From the NCBI GenBank assembly GCA_019639255.1, contig JAHBSF010000006.1, positions 26,261 through 90,260 of the forward strand: a stretch of DNA of 64,000 nucleotides, given 5' to 3'. The notes under the pieces were generated by a model, which saw nothing but the letters and a program-made list of their open reading frames with translations, had not been told where the DNA came from and did not search any database. Below, piece after piece: positions 30,944 through 42,391 of this stretch; position 1 is the stretch's first letter; each line of letters opens with the position of its first letter. Position numbers and translations under genes: made by a program. Source of the DNA: Acidobacteriota bacterium (GTDB lineage Bacteria > Acidobacteriota > Blastocatellia > RBC074).

Positions 30944-33631
30944 ATGACGGGAAACGAAATAAGAACCAGATTCCTCGAATACTTTGCGCGTCACGGCCAC
31001 AAGATCGTGAAATCCTCATCGCTGCTGCCGGCGGGCGACGCTACGCTGCTTTTTACAAACGCCGGCATGAACCAGTTCAAGGACGTATTTCTCGGGGCCG
31101 AAACCCGCGACTACAAACGCGCGACAACCTCGCAAAAATGCGTGCGCGCCGGGGGCAAACACAACGATCTCGATGAAGTAGGCAAAACCGCACGGCATCA
31201 TACTTTTTTCGAGATGCTCGGCAACTTCTCGTTCGGGGACTATTTCAAGGCCGACGCCGTAAGATTCGCCTGGGATCTGCTCGTAAACGAACTGAAAATG
31301 GACCCTCGCCGATTGTGGTTTACAGTCTTTGCCGGCGACGACGAGGTTCCGCCCGATGAAGAGGCCGAGATGTTGTGGGCCGCCGTCGGCGCGCCGCGCG
31401 ACCGCATACTGCGCTTCTCGCGCAAGGACAACTTCTGGCAGATGGGCGAAACCGGGCCGTGCGGCCCGTGCTCGGAAATCCATTATTATCTGGGCGAAAA
31501 CCCCGATGATCCGGAATCGAACAGGCGCGAATTCGTCAACGGCCCCGGCGACGAAACGATCGAGATCTGGAATCTCGTTTTCATGCAGTACAACCGCCAG
31601 GCCGAGGGCGAAGGCGATGCTTTAACCTACAAACTCGATCCGCTCCCCGCTCCTTCAGTCGATACGGGCGCGGGCCTCGAACGCGTTACGGCCGTACTTC
31701 AGGGCGTAAAATCCAACTATGAAACGGATCTGATCCGCCCAATCATAGACTTTACGGCGCAACTCGCCGGTCGCACATATGTCTACGATGACACCGAAGA
31801 CAGCGTATCGATGCGAGTAATTGCGGATCACGCGCGCGCCACGGCGTTTCTGATTGCCGACGGCGTTTTCCCCGGCAACGACAGGCGCGGGTACGTTTTG
31901 CGCAAGATTATGCGGCGCGCCATATGGCACGGCAATCGTCTCGGATTCAGGGATCTGTTTTTCCACCGCGCGACGGATTTCGTCGTGGATCTTATGGGAG
32001 ATGCGTACCCGGAATTGAAGGAATCCCGTTCCGTGATTTCGCGCGTAGTGACTATAGAAGAAAAACTTTATTCTTCGACCGTCGCGGCGGGCCTGCACCT
32101 GCTCGATCAGGTTATGGAAAAGGCAGGCGATGGCCGCATCGTTGCGGGCGCCGATGTATTCAAACTTTACGATACTTACGGATTGCGCTACGACCTTATA
32201 GAGTACGTAGCCTCGCAGCGCGGCTTTGCGCTTGATGGTGAAGGGTTCGAGGCCGAGCTTGAAGGGCAGCGCCGGCGCGCGCGAGAAAGCTGGAAGGGCG
32301 GCGCGGCCAAACAGGTCAATCCCGTTTATCAATCGATTGCCGAGCGAGGCAAATCCGAATTCACCGGATACGGCGGCACCGAGCTACGCGCGGCTGCCGT
32401 AACTGCGATCATTCGTGACGGCGAATTGGTCAGGGAACTGCGCGCCGGACAATCGGGCGAACTCATCCTCGACAGGACTCCGTTTTACGCCGAGTCCGGC
32501 GGACAGGTTGGGGATACGGGCATCGTAGAAACCGACGATGCACGCGCGCTTGTTACCGATACACAATCGCCGGTATCGGGCCTGATCGTGCACAAGGTAG
32601 AGGTCGAACTCGGAAAAGTACGGGTCGGGGATGAAGTCAGGGCTCGGGTGGATGCCGAAAAGCGCGCTGCCACGATGGCAAACCACACCGCGACGCATTT
32701 GCTGCACGCCGCGCTGCGCGAGGTGCTGGGGCCTCACGTCAAACAGGCCGGGTCGCTCGTAGCACCCGACAGATTGCGATTCGACTTCACGCATTTCGCG
32801 CCATTGACCGAAAGCGAAATCGAGGTCATCGAGCGCATGGTGAATGAAGAGATACTGAAAAACTCTCAGGTATCCAAAAACGTAATGGGTCTCGATGACG
32901 CCGTAGCATCGGGCGCGATGGCGCTTTTCGGCGAAAAATACAGCGAACAGGTGCGCGTGGTGAGCGTGCCGGGATTTTCCACCGAACTGTGCGGCGGAAC
33001 GCACGTCAACGCTACGGGCGATATCGGCGTGCTGAAGATCGTATCCGATCAGTCGATAGCATCGGGCACGCGGCGCATTGAAGCCGTAACGGGGCGCGGG
33101 GCATATGAAAGATTCCAGCGCTCGGAGCAGCTTCTGGGCGCTGCCGCATCGCGGCTCAACACGAGCCCCGCGAAGTTGCCCGAAGAAGTCGAGCGGTTGC
33201 AGGCTGCGCTTCGCGAGCATCAGCGAGAAATAGAGCGCCTCAAGCTGAAGCTTGCGCAGGGCGCTGCATCGCTTGCGGATGAAAAAACCGTGGAAATAGA
33301 CGGCCTGAAAGTGCTTGTGCGAAAGGCCGATAACCTGGGGCGCGACGGGCGCAGGCAGCTTGCCGATTCGCTTTCGCGGCGCATAGCGCCGGGCGTAGTC
33401 GTGCTCGGCGAGGCCGGAGAGGGTGCGGCATCTGTGCTGGTTATGGTATCGCGCGAGGCTACGGCGAAGATCCAGGCGGGACGCATAATAAAGGAACTTA
33501 TGGCAATAAGCGGCGGGCGCGGAGGAGGCAAGCCGGAACTTGCCGAGGGCGGTTCGCCGCCTGAAAAACTCGACGAGACGCTTGCGGCCGCGCCGCAGAT
33601 CATCGAGCGGCTGCTGAATCAGGGCGTTTGA
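30944..33631 (+). CDS. alaS: alanine--tRNA ligase
   Basis: From Met24 of track ORF 30875..33631: MTGNEIRTRFLEYFARHGH... with the class II core, an editing domain (HTATHLLHAAL, GGTHV zinc-binding) and a C-terminal DHHA1 domain. Confidence 0.95.
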   Translation: MTGNEIRTRFLEYFARHGHKIVKSSSLLPAGDATLLFTNAGMNQFKDVFLGAETRDYKRATTSQKCVRAGGKHNDLDEVGKTARHHTFFEMLGNFSFGDYFKADAVRFAWDLLVNELKMDPRRLWFTVFAGDDEVPPDEEAEMLWAAVGAPRDRILRFSRKDNFWQMGETGPCGPCSEIHYYLGENPDDPESNRREFVNGPGDETIEIWNLVFMQYNRQAEGEGDALTYKLDPLPAPSVDTGAGLERVTAVLQGVKSNYETDLIRPIIDFTAQLAGRTYVYDDTEDSVSMRVIADHARATAFLIADGVFPGNDRRGYVLRKIMRRAIWHGNRLGFRDLFFHRATDFVVDLMGDAYPELKESRSVISRVVTIEEKLYSSTVAAGLHLLDQVMEKAGDGRIVAGADVFKLYDTYGLRYDLIEYVASQRGFALDGEGFEAELEGQRRRARESWKGGAAKQVNPVYQSIAERGKSEFTGYGGTELRAAAVTAIIRDGELVRELRAGQSGELILDRTPFYAESGGQVGDTGIVETDDARALVTDTQSPVSGLIVHKVEVELGKVRVGDEVRARVDAEKRAATMANHTATHLLHAALREVLGPHVKQAGSLVAPDRLRFDFTHFAPLTESEIEVIERMVNEEILKNSQVSKNVMGLDDAVASGAMALFGEKYSEQVRVVSVPGFSTELCGGTHVNATGDIGVLKIVSDQSIASGTRRIEAVTGRGAYERFQRSEQLLGAAASRLNTSPAKLPEEVERLQAALREHQREIERLKLKLAQGAASLADEKTVEIDGLKVLVRKADNLGRDGRRQLADSLSRRIAPGVVVLGEAGEGAASVLVMVSREATAKIQAGRIIKELMAISGGRGGGKPELAEGGSPPEKLDETLAAAPQIIERLLNQGV

Positions 33632-33650
33632 CTTTGGGAAGCGACGGCAG

Positions 33651-33769
33651 GAGAGAGATAACAGAACAAACGAAATGAAACGAAAATTACTGACAGAGCA
33701 AATATTTCAGTCTGTTCCGTCTATTTTCGTTTGTTTAGTTATCTACAGTGGTTTCGATTTTGGTGTTAA
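33651..33769. repeat. family-A element A8 (core plus tail), its palindromic tail interrupted by B2
   Basis: GAGAGAGATAACAGAACAAACGAAATGAAACGAAAATTACTGACAGAGCAAATATTTCAGTCTGTTCCGTCTATTTTCGTTTGTTTAGTTATCT, then tail ACAGTGGTTTCGATTTTGGTGTTAA. The inverted partner of the tail resumes at 33998-34025 (CTTAACACCAAAATCCAAACCGCTGTA). Confidence 0.8.
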
Positions 33770-33997
33770 GTACTCTGTAAACAAAGTTTTTGAGTTTTCA
33801 GCCGCGGAGCGGCGAAAGATCTGTAGCCTGGTGCGTGAGCGCCAGGTCAGCAGAAAAAGAACGTTTGAGCCCTGAAAGGGCGAAAGATCTTCCGCCCCTC
33901 CGGGGCTGGTACGGCTTCTCTACACTCACCCAGGGCTCGCCGCCCTGGGCTACAGATCTTTCGCCGCTCCGCGGCTGAAAAACTCAAAAACTTTGTT
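33770..33997. mobile_element. family-B element B2 (~228 bp), inserted at the TTAA centre of a palindrome
   Basis: Same ~57-bp terminal inverted repeats as B1. The internal ~120 bp is the reverse complement of the B1 interior. Flanked by TTAA (33766-69) and TTAA (33998-34001). Confidence 0.85.
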
Positions 33998-34066
33998 TAC
34001 AGAGTACTTAACACCAAAATCCAAACCGCTGTAATATCCCGACTGTGTGTGGTTTTGATTGGTTGA

Positions 34067-35170
34067 ATGAATAGTCTGATTGCATCGAATCTGGGGCATC
34101 ATCCGGGCCGCACCGCAGCGAGCGTTATCGGTGTAGCTGTGGGTGTTGTGCTCGTGGTGATGACGGTGGGGCTGGTTCGCGGGGCGCTGCGCGATCGCGG
34201 GCAGCGCGATGCCAACATCGGCGTCGAAATCATGGTCACCGGGCAGGGGCAGGGCATTTCTATCGCCTCTTCCGACCTTACGCTGCCCGTAGAGCTTGCA
34301 GGAAAAATAGCTGCTATTCCGGGAGTCGCGGCTGCGACGCCTGTAGGGCAGAATCTGGAACTCAAGGGCGACAACGGCATTGGGATTCGGCAAATCGACG
34401 GCATCGACTACGCGAGTTTTACCGCCGCAGGCAAGCTACGCGTGGAACAGGGAGAGCCGCTGCCCGAAAAGGGCGATGTTGCGATCATCGACTTCAAGTA
34501 TGCTGCGGACAAGAAACTCAAGATCGGCGACCGCATCGAGGGGTTCGACCGTGAGTTTACGATAATCGGCATATATGCTCCCGAAGCGGGGCCGCGCATC
34601 AAGGTGCCGCTGAAAACCATGCAGGAGGCGCTCGGCGTCGACGGCAAATGTTCGATGATTTACGTCAAATGCGTCGACGCTGCCGAACAGGAAGCCATAG
34701 CGCAGCGGATTATCGCGGATTACCCCGATTTGCGCATTATATTTACTCGCGATTTGCCCGAACTTTACGCAACGGGTTACGCGGGATTCAACGTTTTTCT
34801 GAACATAATCGCCGGGCTTGCGACGGTCATAAGCCTGCTCGTCATACTGCTTACGATGTACACGACCGTGACCGAAAGAACGCGCCAGATCGGGATAATG
34901 AAATCGCTCGGCGCCTCCCGGTCGTTCATCGCAGGAGTTTTTGTTCGCGAGGCCTTGACGATCTCGATTATCGGGGTTGGGGCAGGCCTCGTCGTATCGC
35001 TTGCAGCGCGGGCGATACTCGTAGGTGCGCTCGACTGGAGAGTCCAGATCGAGCCCGGATATGTCGCCTATGCCGCTCTAGCCGGCATTGCCAGCGGCAT
35101 CATAGGCGCGCTTTACCCCGCGCTGCGCGCCGCTTCTCAGGATCCGATAGACGCTCTCAGTTATGAGTAA
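34067..35170 (+). CDS. ABC transporter permease, FtsX/MacB/LolCE-like
   Basis: N-terminal TM, a large periplasmic loop, and 3 C-terminal TMs with the FtsX-like motif (..MKSLGASRSFIAGVFVREAL..). No ATPase gene adjacent. Confidence 0.8.
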   Translation: MNSLIASNLGHHPGRTAASVIGVAVGVVLVVMTVGLVRGALRDRGQRDANIGVEIMVTGQGQGISIASSDLTLPVELAGKIAAIPGVAAATPVGQNLELKGDNGIGIRQIDGIDYASFTAAGKLRVEQGEPLPEKGDVAIIDFKYAADKKLKIGDRIEGFDREFTIIGIYAPEAGPRIKVPLKTMQEALGVDGKCSMIYVKCVDAAEQEAIAQRIIADYPDLRIIFTRDLPELYATGYAGFNVFLNIIAGLATVISLLVILLTMYTTVTERTRQIGIMKSLGASRSFIAGVFVREALTISIIGVGAGLVVSLAARAILVGALDWRVQIEPGYVAYAALAGIASGIIGALYPALRAASQDPIDALSYE

Positions 35171-35930
35171 CGACGCCACAACTCGCGTGCTTACGCCCCC
35201 GCCCGCGCAATCCGCACGACGCCCCATTGTAGGAATCACTACGAGACTCGATCTGAAAGAGGATACCTATTACCTCGGCCGCCAATACGCCGACGCCGTA
35301 GCCGCTGCGGGCGGGGTTCCACTCTACATTCCGCTCATAGACGACCGCGAGGCGCTTCAGGCGCTCGGTTCGCAAATCGATGCGCTGATGCTTGGCGGAA
35401 GCAACAGCGACATTGATCCGAAATATTACGGCGAGGAACCGCACGCCGCGCTCGGCGCCGTTGTTCCGGCGCGCGACGAAGCGGATCTGCTGTTGCTCAA
35501 GTGTGCGGAGGATAGAGGTCTTCCGGTTTTGGGCATATGTTTCGGCATGCAGTCGCTGAACGTATCGCGCGGCGGCACGCTTGTGCAGGACATCGCAGCG
35601 CAAATTCCCGGTGCTTATAAACACGATCAGGGGATACCCGTAGATCGCCCGTCGCACGCGATCGTTATCGAGAAAGATTCGCTGATTGCGAATCTTGCGG
35701 GCGGGCTTGCCGCACGAGTAAACAGCACGCATCATCAATCCGTAAAGGAGGCCGGACGCAACCTGCTGGTGACGGCGCGGGCCAAAGACGGCGTTGTAGA
35801 GGCGATTGAAGATCCTCGGCCCGACCGTTTCGTCCTCGGCGTGCAGTGGCATCCCGAGTGGGGCTGGGAACGGGAGGAACTCTCGCGCAGGATCTTTCAG
35901 GCGTTTGTAGACGCGGCGACGGGTAAATAG
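35163..35930 (+). CDS. class I glutamine amidotransferase, gamma-glutamyl-GABA hydrolase (peptidase C26) family
   Basis: [11 protein letters not shown] (catalytic Cys) and a HHQS...VQWHPE triad context. The start overlaps the permease stop (ATGAGTAA). Confidence 0.8.
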   Translation: MSNDATTRVLTPPPAQSARRPIVGITTRLDLKEDTYYLGRQYADAVAAAGGVPLYIPLIDDREALQALGSQIDALMLGGSNSDIDPKYYGEEPHAALGAVVPARDEADLLLLKCAEDRGLPVLGICFGMQSLNVSRGGTLVQDIAAQIPGAYKHDQGIPVDRPSHAIVIEKDSLIANLAGGLAARVNSTHHQSVKEAGRNLLVTARAKDGVVEAIEDPRPDRFVLGVQWHPEWGWEREELSRRIFQAFVDAATGK

Positions 35931-35937
35931 CGAATCA

Positions 35938-37149
35938 ATGAGCGAGGTTGTAAAACAGGGGCGCAACGGAGCGTTTACGGTGACGCTGCTGTCGTTGGGG
36001 CATTTCGTTACCGACGCTTATTCGAGTTTTCTTTTGCCGCTGCTGCCGCTGCTTACCCTGCGTCTGCATCTGTCGCCCGCGCAGGCCGGTCTGCTCATAC
36101 CGACGATGATGATTACATCGTCGCTGCTTCAGCCCGTGTTCGGCATGATTTCGGATCGGTATTTGAAGCGCGCAATGTCGGTTTACGGGCCGCTCATAGC
36201 CGCAGTCTTCGTTTCGCTCATAGGGCTTGCTCAGTCGCTGCCCGAACTGCTTGCGTGCATAATCATCGGCGGAATCGGAATCGGAGCGTTTCATCCGCAG
36301 AGCGCTGCGATCGTCAGCAGCGCCTCGCCCGACAGACGAGCCACGACGATGTCGATTTTTTCTTCAGCCGGCACCGTCGGATTTGCCCTCGGTCCCGTGC
36401 TGATTACCACGATCGTCGCCGAATTCGGACTTTCTAAAAGTTATTACGCCATGGTGTTCGGCGTAGCCGTTTGGGTGCTGCTGCTGCGTTATTGTCCGCC
36501 CCTTGACGCGAGACGCCCGGCGGACGCAGAACCCTTGCGAACCGCCATGCGCGTTGTCTGGGCCCCGCTTCTGCTGCTCTATCTTGCAGTAGTCGTGCGT
36601 TCGGCCGTGCACGTGAGCATACAGACCTATCTGCCGTTTCTGCTTACGGGGCAGGGTTTGAATCTGAGATCGATCGGCTGGGTGCTTTCGGCGTTCATTT
36701 TCTTCGGTGGAATCGGAGGGTTGTTCGGCGGCGCGCTGGCCGACAGGTGGGGAGCGCGGCGCGTAAGCATCGTATCTCTTGCTGTATCCGCCCCGTTGCT
36801 ATCTGCGGCAATGCTCGTAACCGGGCCGGCAAGTTATCTGCTGCTCGCCGTAGGGGGAACATTCCTGAACATCGGCGTGCCGATAAACGTCGTAATGGCG
36901 CAGCGTCTGGTTCCCGGCGGAACAAGCACGGTTTCGGCGCTGATGATGGGGTTCGGGTGGGGGATGGGCGCGCTTATGACTCCCGTAACCGGGGCGCTAA
37001 GCGTGCCTTTGGGTTTTGCAGGAGCGTTGATGCTTGTAGGATTGTTGCCGCTTGCGTCTGCTGCATTATTGCTGCGTTTTCCGCGCGACGCAGCACGGAC
37101 CTTAACCGAGTCGCAGCGAATTGGTGAGCCGGTTGCCGCCGCCGACTGA
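35938..37149 (+). CDS. MFS transporter
   Basis: 403 aa with about 12 TM segments and the MFS signature DRYLKRAM / GxxxDRxGxR-like motifs. Confidence 0.8.
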   Translation: MSEVVKQGRNGAFTVTLLSLGHFVTDAYSSFLLPLLPLLTLRLHLSPAQAGLLIPTMMITSSLLQPVFGMISDRYLKRAMSVYGPLIAAVFVSLIGLAQSLPELLACIIIGGIGIGAFHPQSAAIVSSASPDRRATTMSIFSSAGTVGFALGPVLITTIVAEFGLSKSYYAMVFGVAVWVLLLRYCPPLDARRPADAEPLRTAMRVVWAPLLLLYLAVVVRSAVHVSIQTYLPFLLTGQGLNLRSIGWVLSAFIFFGGIGGLFGGALADRWGARRVSIVSLAVSAPLLSAAMLVTGPASYLLLAVGGTFLNIGVPINVVMAQRLVPGGTSTVSALMMGFGWGMGALMTPVTGALSVPLGFAGALMLVGLLPLASAALLLRFPRDAARTLTESQRIGEPVAAAD

Positions 37150-37157
37150 AACAGGCG

Positions 37158-37320
37158 ATGCGGAAATTTGGTACGAAGCGGAAGACAGCCAGAGAGATAA
37201 CGGAACAAACGAAATGAAACGGAACAAACGAAAATATTCAACTTTTCCGTAATTTTCGGTTCCTTTCGTTTGTTCCGTTATCTCTCTTTTACGCCCCGAT
37301 GTCATGTGGTTTGATTTAAC
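37158..37320. repeat. family-A element A9 (full length with both tails)
   Basis: Left tail ...AAATTTGGTACGAAGCGGAAGACAGCCA, core GAGAGATAACGGAACAAACGAAATGAAACGGAACAAACGAAAATATTCAACTTTTCCGTAATTTTCGGTTCCTTTCGTTTGTTCCGTTATCTCTC, right tail TTTTACGCCCCGATGTCATGTGGTTTGATTTAACGG. The ftsY ATG follows 20 nt later. Confidence 0.85.
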
Positions 37321-37340
37321 GGAATCGAGTTGTACCTGAA

Positions 37341-38465
37341 ATGTTCTGGAAGAGGAAAAAGGGAAGCGATTTTATTACCCTTGGGTTGAATACACCGGCT
37401 GAACCGGAACCCGAGGTTAAGTCGGAAGAGATTGAAGAGCAGACGCCGGCCGCTGCAGACGTGGCGCGAATCGAACCTGTGGGCGCACCTGTAATGGCGG
37501 AAGCGCCGAGGGACGATGCAAGTGTCGAAGAGGAAGGATTTATGCGCCGCTTTCGGCGTGCGGTGCAGGCTACGCGCGAAAGCATCTCTACGCGGCTCGA
37601 CGAAGCGGTACGCGGTCGCAGGCAGATCGACGCTGAAACTCTTGACGAACTGGAAGAAATCCTCATCGGCGCAGACATCGGCGTACAGACCACGATGTCG
37701 ATCATCGAGGATGTGCGCAAGCAGGTAAATCGTCAGACGCTGCGCGATGTGGATGAACTCAAGCACGTGATCAAGGATCGTTTGCTCTCTATCCTCCTGG
37801 AGGCCGGTCGCTCGCGCGGCGTGGCTTCGGAAACCGCAGTGGCCGCCGATGTGCGGCCCTACGTGCTGATGGTCGTGGGCGTAAACGGTACCGGAAAGAC
37901 TACCACGATAGGCAAACTCGCGCAGCGTATAAAGGCTGAAGGCAATGATGTATTGATATGCGCGGCGGATACGTTCCGGGCGGCGGCGTCCGATCAACTT
38001 GCGGTATGGGCCGAGCGCGCGGGTGTGCCGTTGATTCAGCAGCGGCAGGGCACCGACCCGGCGGCCGTATTGTTTGATTCGTTGAAGGCGGCCGCGGCGC
38101 GAAACTCCGATGTTTTGATAGTTGATACGGCGGGAAGGCTTCATAACAAGGCTAATCTGATGGCCGAACTCGAAAAGATGAAGCGGATAGCGGGACGTGA
38201 GGTCCCGGGCGCCCCGCACGAAACGCTGCTTGTCATTGACGCGGTAACGGGACAGAACGGACTGACGCAGGCGCGCGAGTTTTTGAAGGCGGCCGATGTA
38301 ACCGGAATTGTGCTCACGAAACTCGATGGTACGGCAAAGGGAGGAATAGCCGTTGCCATCGCCAGGGAACTCAACCTTCCGATACGTTACTGCGGCATAG
38401 GCGAGAAGGCCGACGATCTGGTTGTTTTCGACGCCAAAACTTACGTCGACGGCCTGTTCGAATGA
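37341..38465 (+). CDS. ftsY: signal recognition particle receptor FtsY
   Basis: Acidic N-terminal region, then NG domain: [33 protein letters not shown]. Confidence 0.9.
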   Translation: MFWKRKKGSDFITLGLNTPAEPEPEVKSEEIEEQTPAAADVARIEPVGAPVMAEAPRDDASVEEEGFMRRFRRAVQATRESISTRLDEAVRGRRQIDAETLDELEEILIGADIGVQTTMSIIEDVRKQVNRQTLRDVDELKHVIKDRLLSILLEAGRSRGVASETAVAADVRPYVLMVVGVNGTGKTTTIGKLAQRIKAEGNDVLICAADTFRAAASDQLAVWAERAGVPLIQQRQGTDPAAVLFDSLKAAAARNSDVLIVDTAGRLHNKANLMAELEKMKRIAGREVPGAPHETLLVIDAVTGQNGLTQAREFLKAADVTGIVLTKLDGTAKGGIAVAIARELNLPIRYCGIGEKADDLVVFDAKTYVDGLFE

Positions 38466-38468
38466 CAG

Positions 38469-39656
38469 ATGTCAACGCACGAGACCATAGCGGCGGATTT
38501 GCAGTTTGACGGTCCGCCGGAGTTGATGAACGATCTGGATTACCTTCAACTTGCGCTCAAACTCGCCGCACAGGGCGTTGCGCTTGCCAGCCCCAACCCG
38601 CTCGTTGGATCGGTCGTCGTGCGCGACGGCGGAATAGTCGGCCGCGGCTTTCATCGCTATCTGGATCTCAAACACGCAGAAGTATGGGCGCTCGAAGAAG
38701 CCGGCGAACGTGCGCGAGGCTCTACCGTTTACGTCAATCTCGAACCCTGCTGCCACCGGGGAGAGGGCAAACGGACATCGCCGTGCGTTCAGGCGCTTAT
38801 CAATGCCGGGGTCGCCCGCGTCGTAGCATCGATGCTCGATCCCAATCCCCGAGTGAACGGGCGCGGATTCAGTGAACTGCAAGCGGCGGGCATCGAGGTA
38901 TCCGTGGGCGGATTTGAAAAAGATGCGCGCAGGCTCAATGAAAAATACATCAAGTTCGTTACATCTGGTTTGCCATTCATACATCTGAAGCTCGCCTCGT
39001 CGCTCGACGGCCGCATAGCTACGCGCACGGGAGACTCGCGATGGGTAACCGGTGAAGAGGCGCGCGAGGCTTCGCAGCGCCTGCGCCACGAGTACGATGC
39101 AATACTGATAGGGATTCGCACCGCTCTGCTGGATGATCCTCTTCTGACCGATCGCACGGGCCGGCAGCGCCGCCGCGCGCTTGCGCGTTTTGTACTCGAC
39201 GCCGGGTTGAATCTCCCGGTCAATTCGCAGCTTGTCAGAAGCGCGGGCGATGCTCCGTTGATCGTTTTTTCATCCTCGGGGGCTGACTCCGATCGCCGTA
39301 CAGCGTTGCACGCCCGCGGCGTCGAGACTGTCGATATGCCATGCGCCGGCGGCAGGCTTTCGCCCGCAGAGGTATTTGCCGAAATTGCCCGCCGTGATCT
39401 GACGAGCGTCGTCGTTGAGGGTGGTTCTGAAGTCGCAGGATCGTTGATAGCCGAACGCCTGATCGACAAGCTCACGATATTTTATGCGCCGAAAATTATC
39501 GGCGGTCGAGCGGCTGTCCCCTCTATAGGCGGGCAGGGAATCGAACGAATGAGCGAGGCGCTGCAACTCGATGAAGTCGATATTACCTGCCACGGCGCCG
39601 ACTGGGAGATTACCGGATATCCGGTTTTCGCCGACGATGAACCGGAGCAGGGATGA
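38469..39656 (+). CDS. ribD: bifunctional riboflavin biosynthesis deaminase/reductase RibD
   Basis: [11 protein letters not shown]...PCCHRG (CMP/dCMP deaminase zinc motif) plus a C-terminal RibD_C reductase domain. Confidence 0.9.
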   Translation: MSTHETIAADLQFDGPPELMNDLDYLQLALKLAAQGVALASPNPLVGSVVVRDGGIVGRGFHRYLDLKHAEVWALEEAGERARGSTVYVNLEPCCHRGEGKRTSPCVQALINAGVARVVASMLDPNPRVNGRGFSELQAAGIEVSVGGFEKDARRLNEKYIKFVTSGLPFIHLKLASSLDGRIATRTGDSRWVTGEEAREASQRLRHEYDAILIGIRTALLDDPLLTDRTGRQRRRALARFVLDAGLNLPVNSQLVRSAGDAPLIVFSSSGADSDRRTALHARGVETVDMPCAGGRLSPAEVFAEIARRDLTSVVVEGGSEVAGSLIAERLIDKLTIFYAPKIIGGRAAVPSIGGQGIERMSEALQLDEVDITCHGADWEITGYPVFADDEPEQG

Positions 39657-40477
39657 GAGCGAAGCGGCGGTTCGGTCAAAATTTTCTCGCAGAACCTCGC
39701 TACAGGCAGCGGATCATCCAAGCCGTCAATCCCCAACCCGGCGAGACCATAATAGAGATCGGTCCCGGACGCGGAGCTTTGACCCGCCCGCTGGCTGAAA
39801 GCGGCGCACGTATAATCGCGATTGAAATCGATCGCGAACTTGTTCCTGACCTTGCGGCCGGTTTCGCCGGTTTCTCGAATGTCCGAATAATAGAAGCCGA
39901 CGCGCTGGAGGTCGATTATTGCAAACTGATCGAACCCGCACTGACTGCGCGTGTCGTGGCCAACCTGCCGTATTACATTTCTACTCCAATATTACAAAAA
40001 CTGATTTCCTGTCGAAGGTATCTGACCGAGATGACGCTTATGTTGCAGCGCGAGGTCGTAGATCGGCTTACGGCCGCGCCCGGCGGCAAGCAGTATGGTT
40101 ATCTTTCGGTAATAGCGCAGTTGAATTGCGAGATCGCGCGTCTGTTCGATGTTCCGCCCGGCGCTTTTCGGCCCGTTCCGAAGGTCGATTCGAGCGTCGT
40201 CAGGGTGCGCGTGCTCGATGAACCGCGCGCCCGAGTATCGGATGACACGATGTTTACCGAACTTGCGCAGGTGATATTCGCGCAGAGGCGCAAGACGCTG
40301 CTCAACAACCTGCGAGCGGGTGGGGCGCGTTTGGGTCTTTCCGGAGTTTTTGAAATGGAAGCGGCGCTTGCGCGCGCGCGGATTGACCCGGCGAGGCGCG
40401 CAGAAACGCTTGCAGTATCGGATATTGCTGCGCTTGCCGAGGCGCTTGTAAATAAGAACAGGGAAATCGAGGAATGA
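39653..40477 (+). CDS. rsmA: 16S rRNA (adenine1518/1519-N6)-dimethyltransferase
   Basis: RFGQNFL...[12 protein letters not shown]...ANLPYYIS, the KsgA/RsmA signature. ATGA overlap with ribD. Confidence 0.9.
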   Translation: MRAKRRFGQNFLAEPRYRQRIIQAVNPQPGETIIEIGPGRGALTRPLAESGARIIAIEIDRELVPDLAAGFAGFSNVRIIEADALEVDYCKLIEPALTARVVANLPYYISTPILQKLISCRRYLTEMTLMLQREVVDRLTAAPGGKQYGYLSVIAQLNCEIARLFDVPPGAFRPVPKVDSSVVRVRVLDEPRARVSDDTMFTELAQVIFAQRRKTLLNNLRAGGARLGLSGVFEMEAALARARIDPARRAETLAVSDIAALAEALVNKNREIEE

Positions 40478-40610
40478 AAATTGCAAAAATCAGGGCCGAT
40501 CGGTAGGGGCATTTCCGTCTGATTGTGCAATTTCAGGGGATTGCGTTATAGTCTGTCGGCGTCGCCCCGGATCCCCGACCAAATCGCAACGATTCATATT
40601 TGATAAAGAA

Positions 40611-42278
40611 ATGGCATTTGACATCGGTAAACTGGAAATCGTTCCTCTCGGCGGCCTCGGTCAATTCGGAATGAACATGACGGTGTTCCGCTACGACGGT
40701 GAAATGATCATCGTGGACTGCGGCCTTATGTTTCCGGATGAAGACCTGCTCGGAGTCGACATTGCTATCCCGGATCTTACATATATCGAGGAACACCGCG
40801 ATGAAATCCGGGCAATCGTTCTTACGCACGCGCACGAAGATCATATAGGCGCGCTTCCGTTCCTGCTTCAAACGGTCAATCCTCCGATTTACGGAACTCG
40901 GTTTACCTTCGGTCTGATCGAAGCGCGGCTGCAGGAATTCGGCCTGACCGAACAGACTACCCTACATACGATCGCGCCGCGCGAAAGCTTCAAGGTCGGC
41001 CCGTTCGAAATAGAATTCATACGTGTATCCCATTCGCTTGTGGATTGCGTTGCGCTCGCAATCAAAACCCCGGTCGGAGTCATTATCCATACGGGTGATT
41101 TCAAGGTGGACGAAACCCCCGTTCAGGGCGACCCGATTGACCTGCGCACGCTGCACGAATACGGCGACGAGGGCGTGCTTGCACTGCTTGCGGATTCGAC
41201 CAATGTTGAGCGCGAGGGGCGCACGGGGTCGGAAAAAACCGTAATACCGGCGTTCGAGAAGATCTTCGAACGCGCAGACTCGCGCATCGTCGTAGCGTGT
41301 TTTGCGACGAGCATTCACCGCCTGCAGATCGTGTTTGATCTGGCGGCGGAATTCGGTCGCCAGGTTGCAGTGCTCGGCCGCAGTATGATCCGAAACGTCG
41401 AGACCGCCCAGCGTCACGGCTTTCTGGATATTGACGACGACCAGTTAATTACCCCCACGGAAGCGAAACGGCGAAAGCCCGATGAAGTATGCCTGCTTGT
41501 TACGGGCAGCCAGGGCGAACCGATGTCGGCGCTTGCGCGCATGGCCGTAGGCAATCACAAGGATGCGAGCATACAGAATGCGGATACCGTAGTAATTTCG
41601 GCGCGGCAGATTCCCGGCAACGAAAAAGCGATCTCGCGGATGATGAACCATATGTTCAAACAGGGCGCGAGGGTGATCGATTCGAGCATCGCACGGATTC
41701 ACGTATCGGGACACGGCCGTCAGGCCGATCTCAAAATCATGTATGAAGCCGTGCGGCCGAAGTTCCATATTCCGATTCACGGGGAAACCCGCCAACTCTA
41801 TCGACATGCGGAAGCGGCCCGTAGTTGGGGCGCGCGTTCATCCAATATCGTGCTTGCCGAGAGCGGAGATGTGATCGAACTTACGGAAAACAGCGCTCGC
41901 GTGAGCGGCAAGGTGCAGGTCGGGCGAACTCTGATAGACGATTCTGGTTTCGGGCGAATCAACGATGTCGTATTGCGCGATCGCAAGCATCTGGCCTACG
42001 ACGGCATAGTGTTGCCGATAGTCGCGATCAACAAGGCATCGGGCGAACTCGAAGCGCCTCCCGAAGTAGTACAGCGCGGACTCGTGCTGAGCGACGACGG
42101 CAACGGTTTTCTCACCCGCGCGCGCAAGATTGTGGGCGAAACCGTCGAGGGGGCAACTCACGAGGAGCGAGTAGACTGGGCGCTGATCAAGGAGAAAATT
42201 CGCCTCGACCTGAAACGGTATATCCAGAAGGAAACCGGCCGCCGCCCGATGATCATCCCCGTCGTCCTGGAAATCTGA
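40611..42278 (+). CDS. rnj: ribonuclease J
   Basis: [13 protein letters not shown], metallo-beta-lactamase [11 protein letters not shown], and the beta-CASP and C-terminal domains. 555 aa. Confidence 0.9.
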   Translation: MAFDIGKLEIVPLGGLGQFGMNMTVFRYDGEMIIVDCGLMFPDEDLLGVDIAIPDLTYIEEHRDEIRAIVLTHAHEDHIGALPFLLQTVNPPIYGTRFTFGLIEARLQEFGLTEQTTLHTIAPRESFKVGPFEIEFIRVSHSLVDCVALAIKTPVGVIIHTGDFKVDETPVQGDPIDLRTLHEYGDEGVLALLADSTNVEREGRTGSEKTVIPAFEKIFERADSRIVVACFATSIHRLQIVFDLAAEFGRQVAVLGRSMIRNVETAQRHGFLDIDDDQLITPTEAKRRKPDEVCLLVTGSQGEPMSALARMAVGNHKDASIQNADTVVISARQIPGNEKAISRMMNHMFKQGARVIDSSIARIHVSGHGRQADLKIMYEAVRPKFHIPIHGETRQLYRHAEAARSWGARSSNIVLAESGDVIELTENSARVSGKVQVGRTLIDDSGFGRINDVVLRDRKHLAYDGIVLPIVAINKASGELEAPPEVVQRGLVLSDDGNGFLTRARKIVGETVEGATHEERVDWALIKEKIRLDLKRYIQKETGRRPMIIPVVLEI

Positions 42279-42288
42279 GACGGCCGGC

Positions 42289-42382
42289 ACAGATAACGAA
42301 ACAAACTAAACCCGACGAAAACCACGGAAATCGCCGAGTATTTCGTTTGTTCCATTTCATTCCGTCTGTTCCGTCATCTTTC
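42289..42382. repeat. family-A element A10
   Basis: CAGATAACGAAACAAACTAAACCCGACGAAAACCACGGAAATCGCCGAGTATTTCGTTTGTTCCATTTCATTCCGTCTGTTCCGTCATCTTTC. Sits between the convergent rnj and DUF2227-like genes. Confidence 0.8.
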
Positions 42383-42391
42383 TTTCCTTGT

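Noticed and set aside
37186-37320. Small ORFs inside repeat elements (e.g. 37102..37305 minus strand, 21514..21696 minus strand, 1131..1466 plus strand).
   Set aside because: They are artefacts of translating AT-rich palindromic repeats. Each has a different frame and length in different copies.
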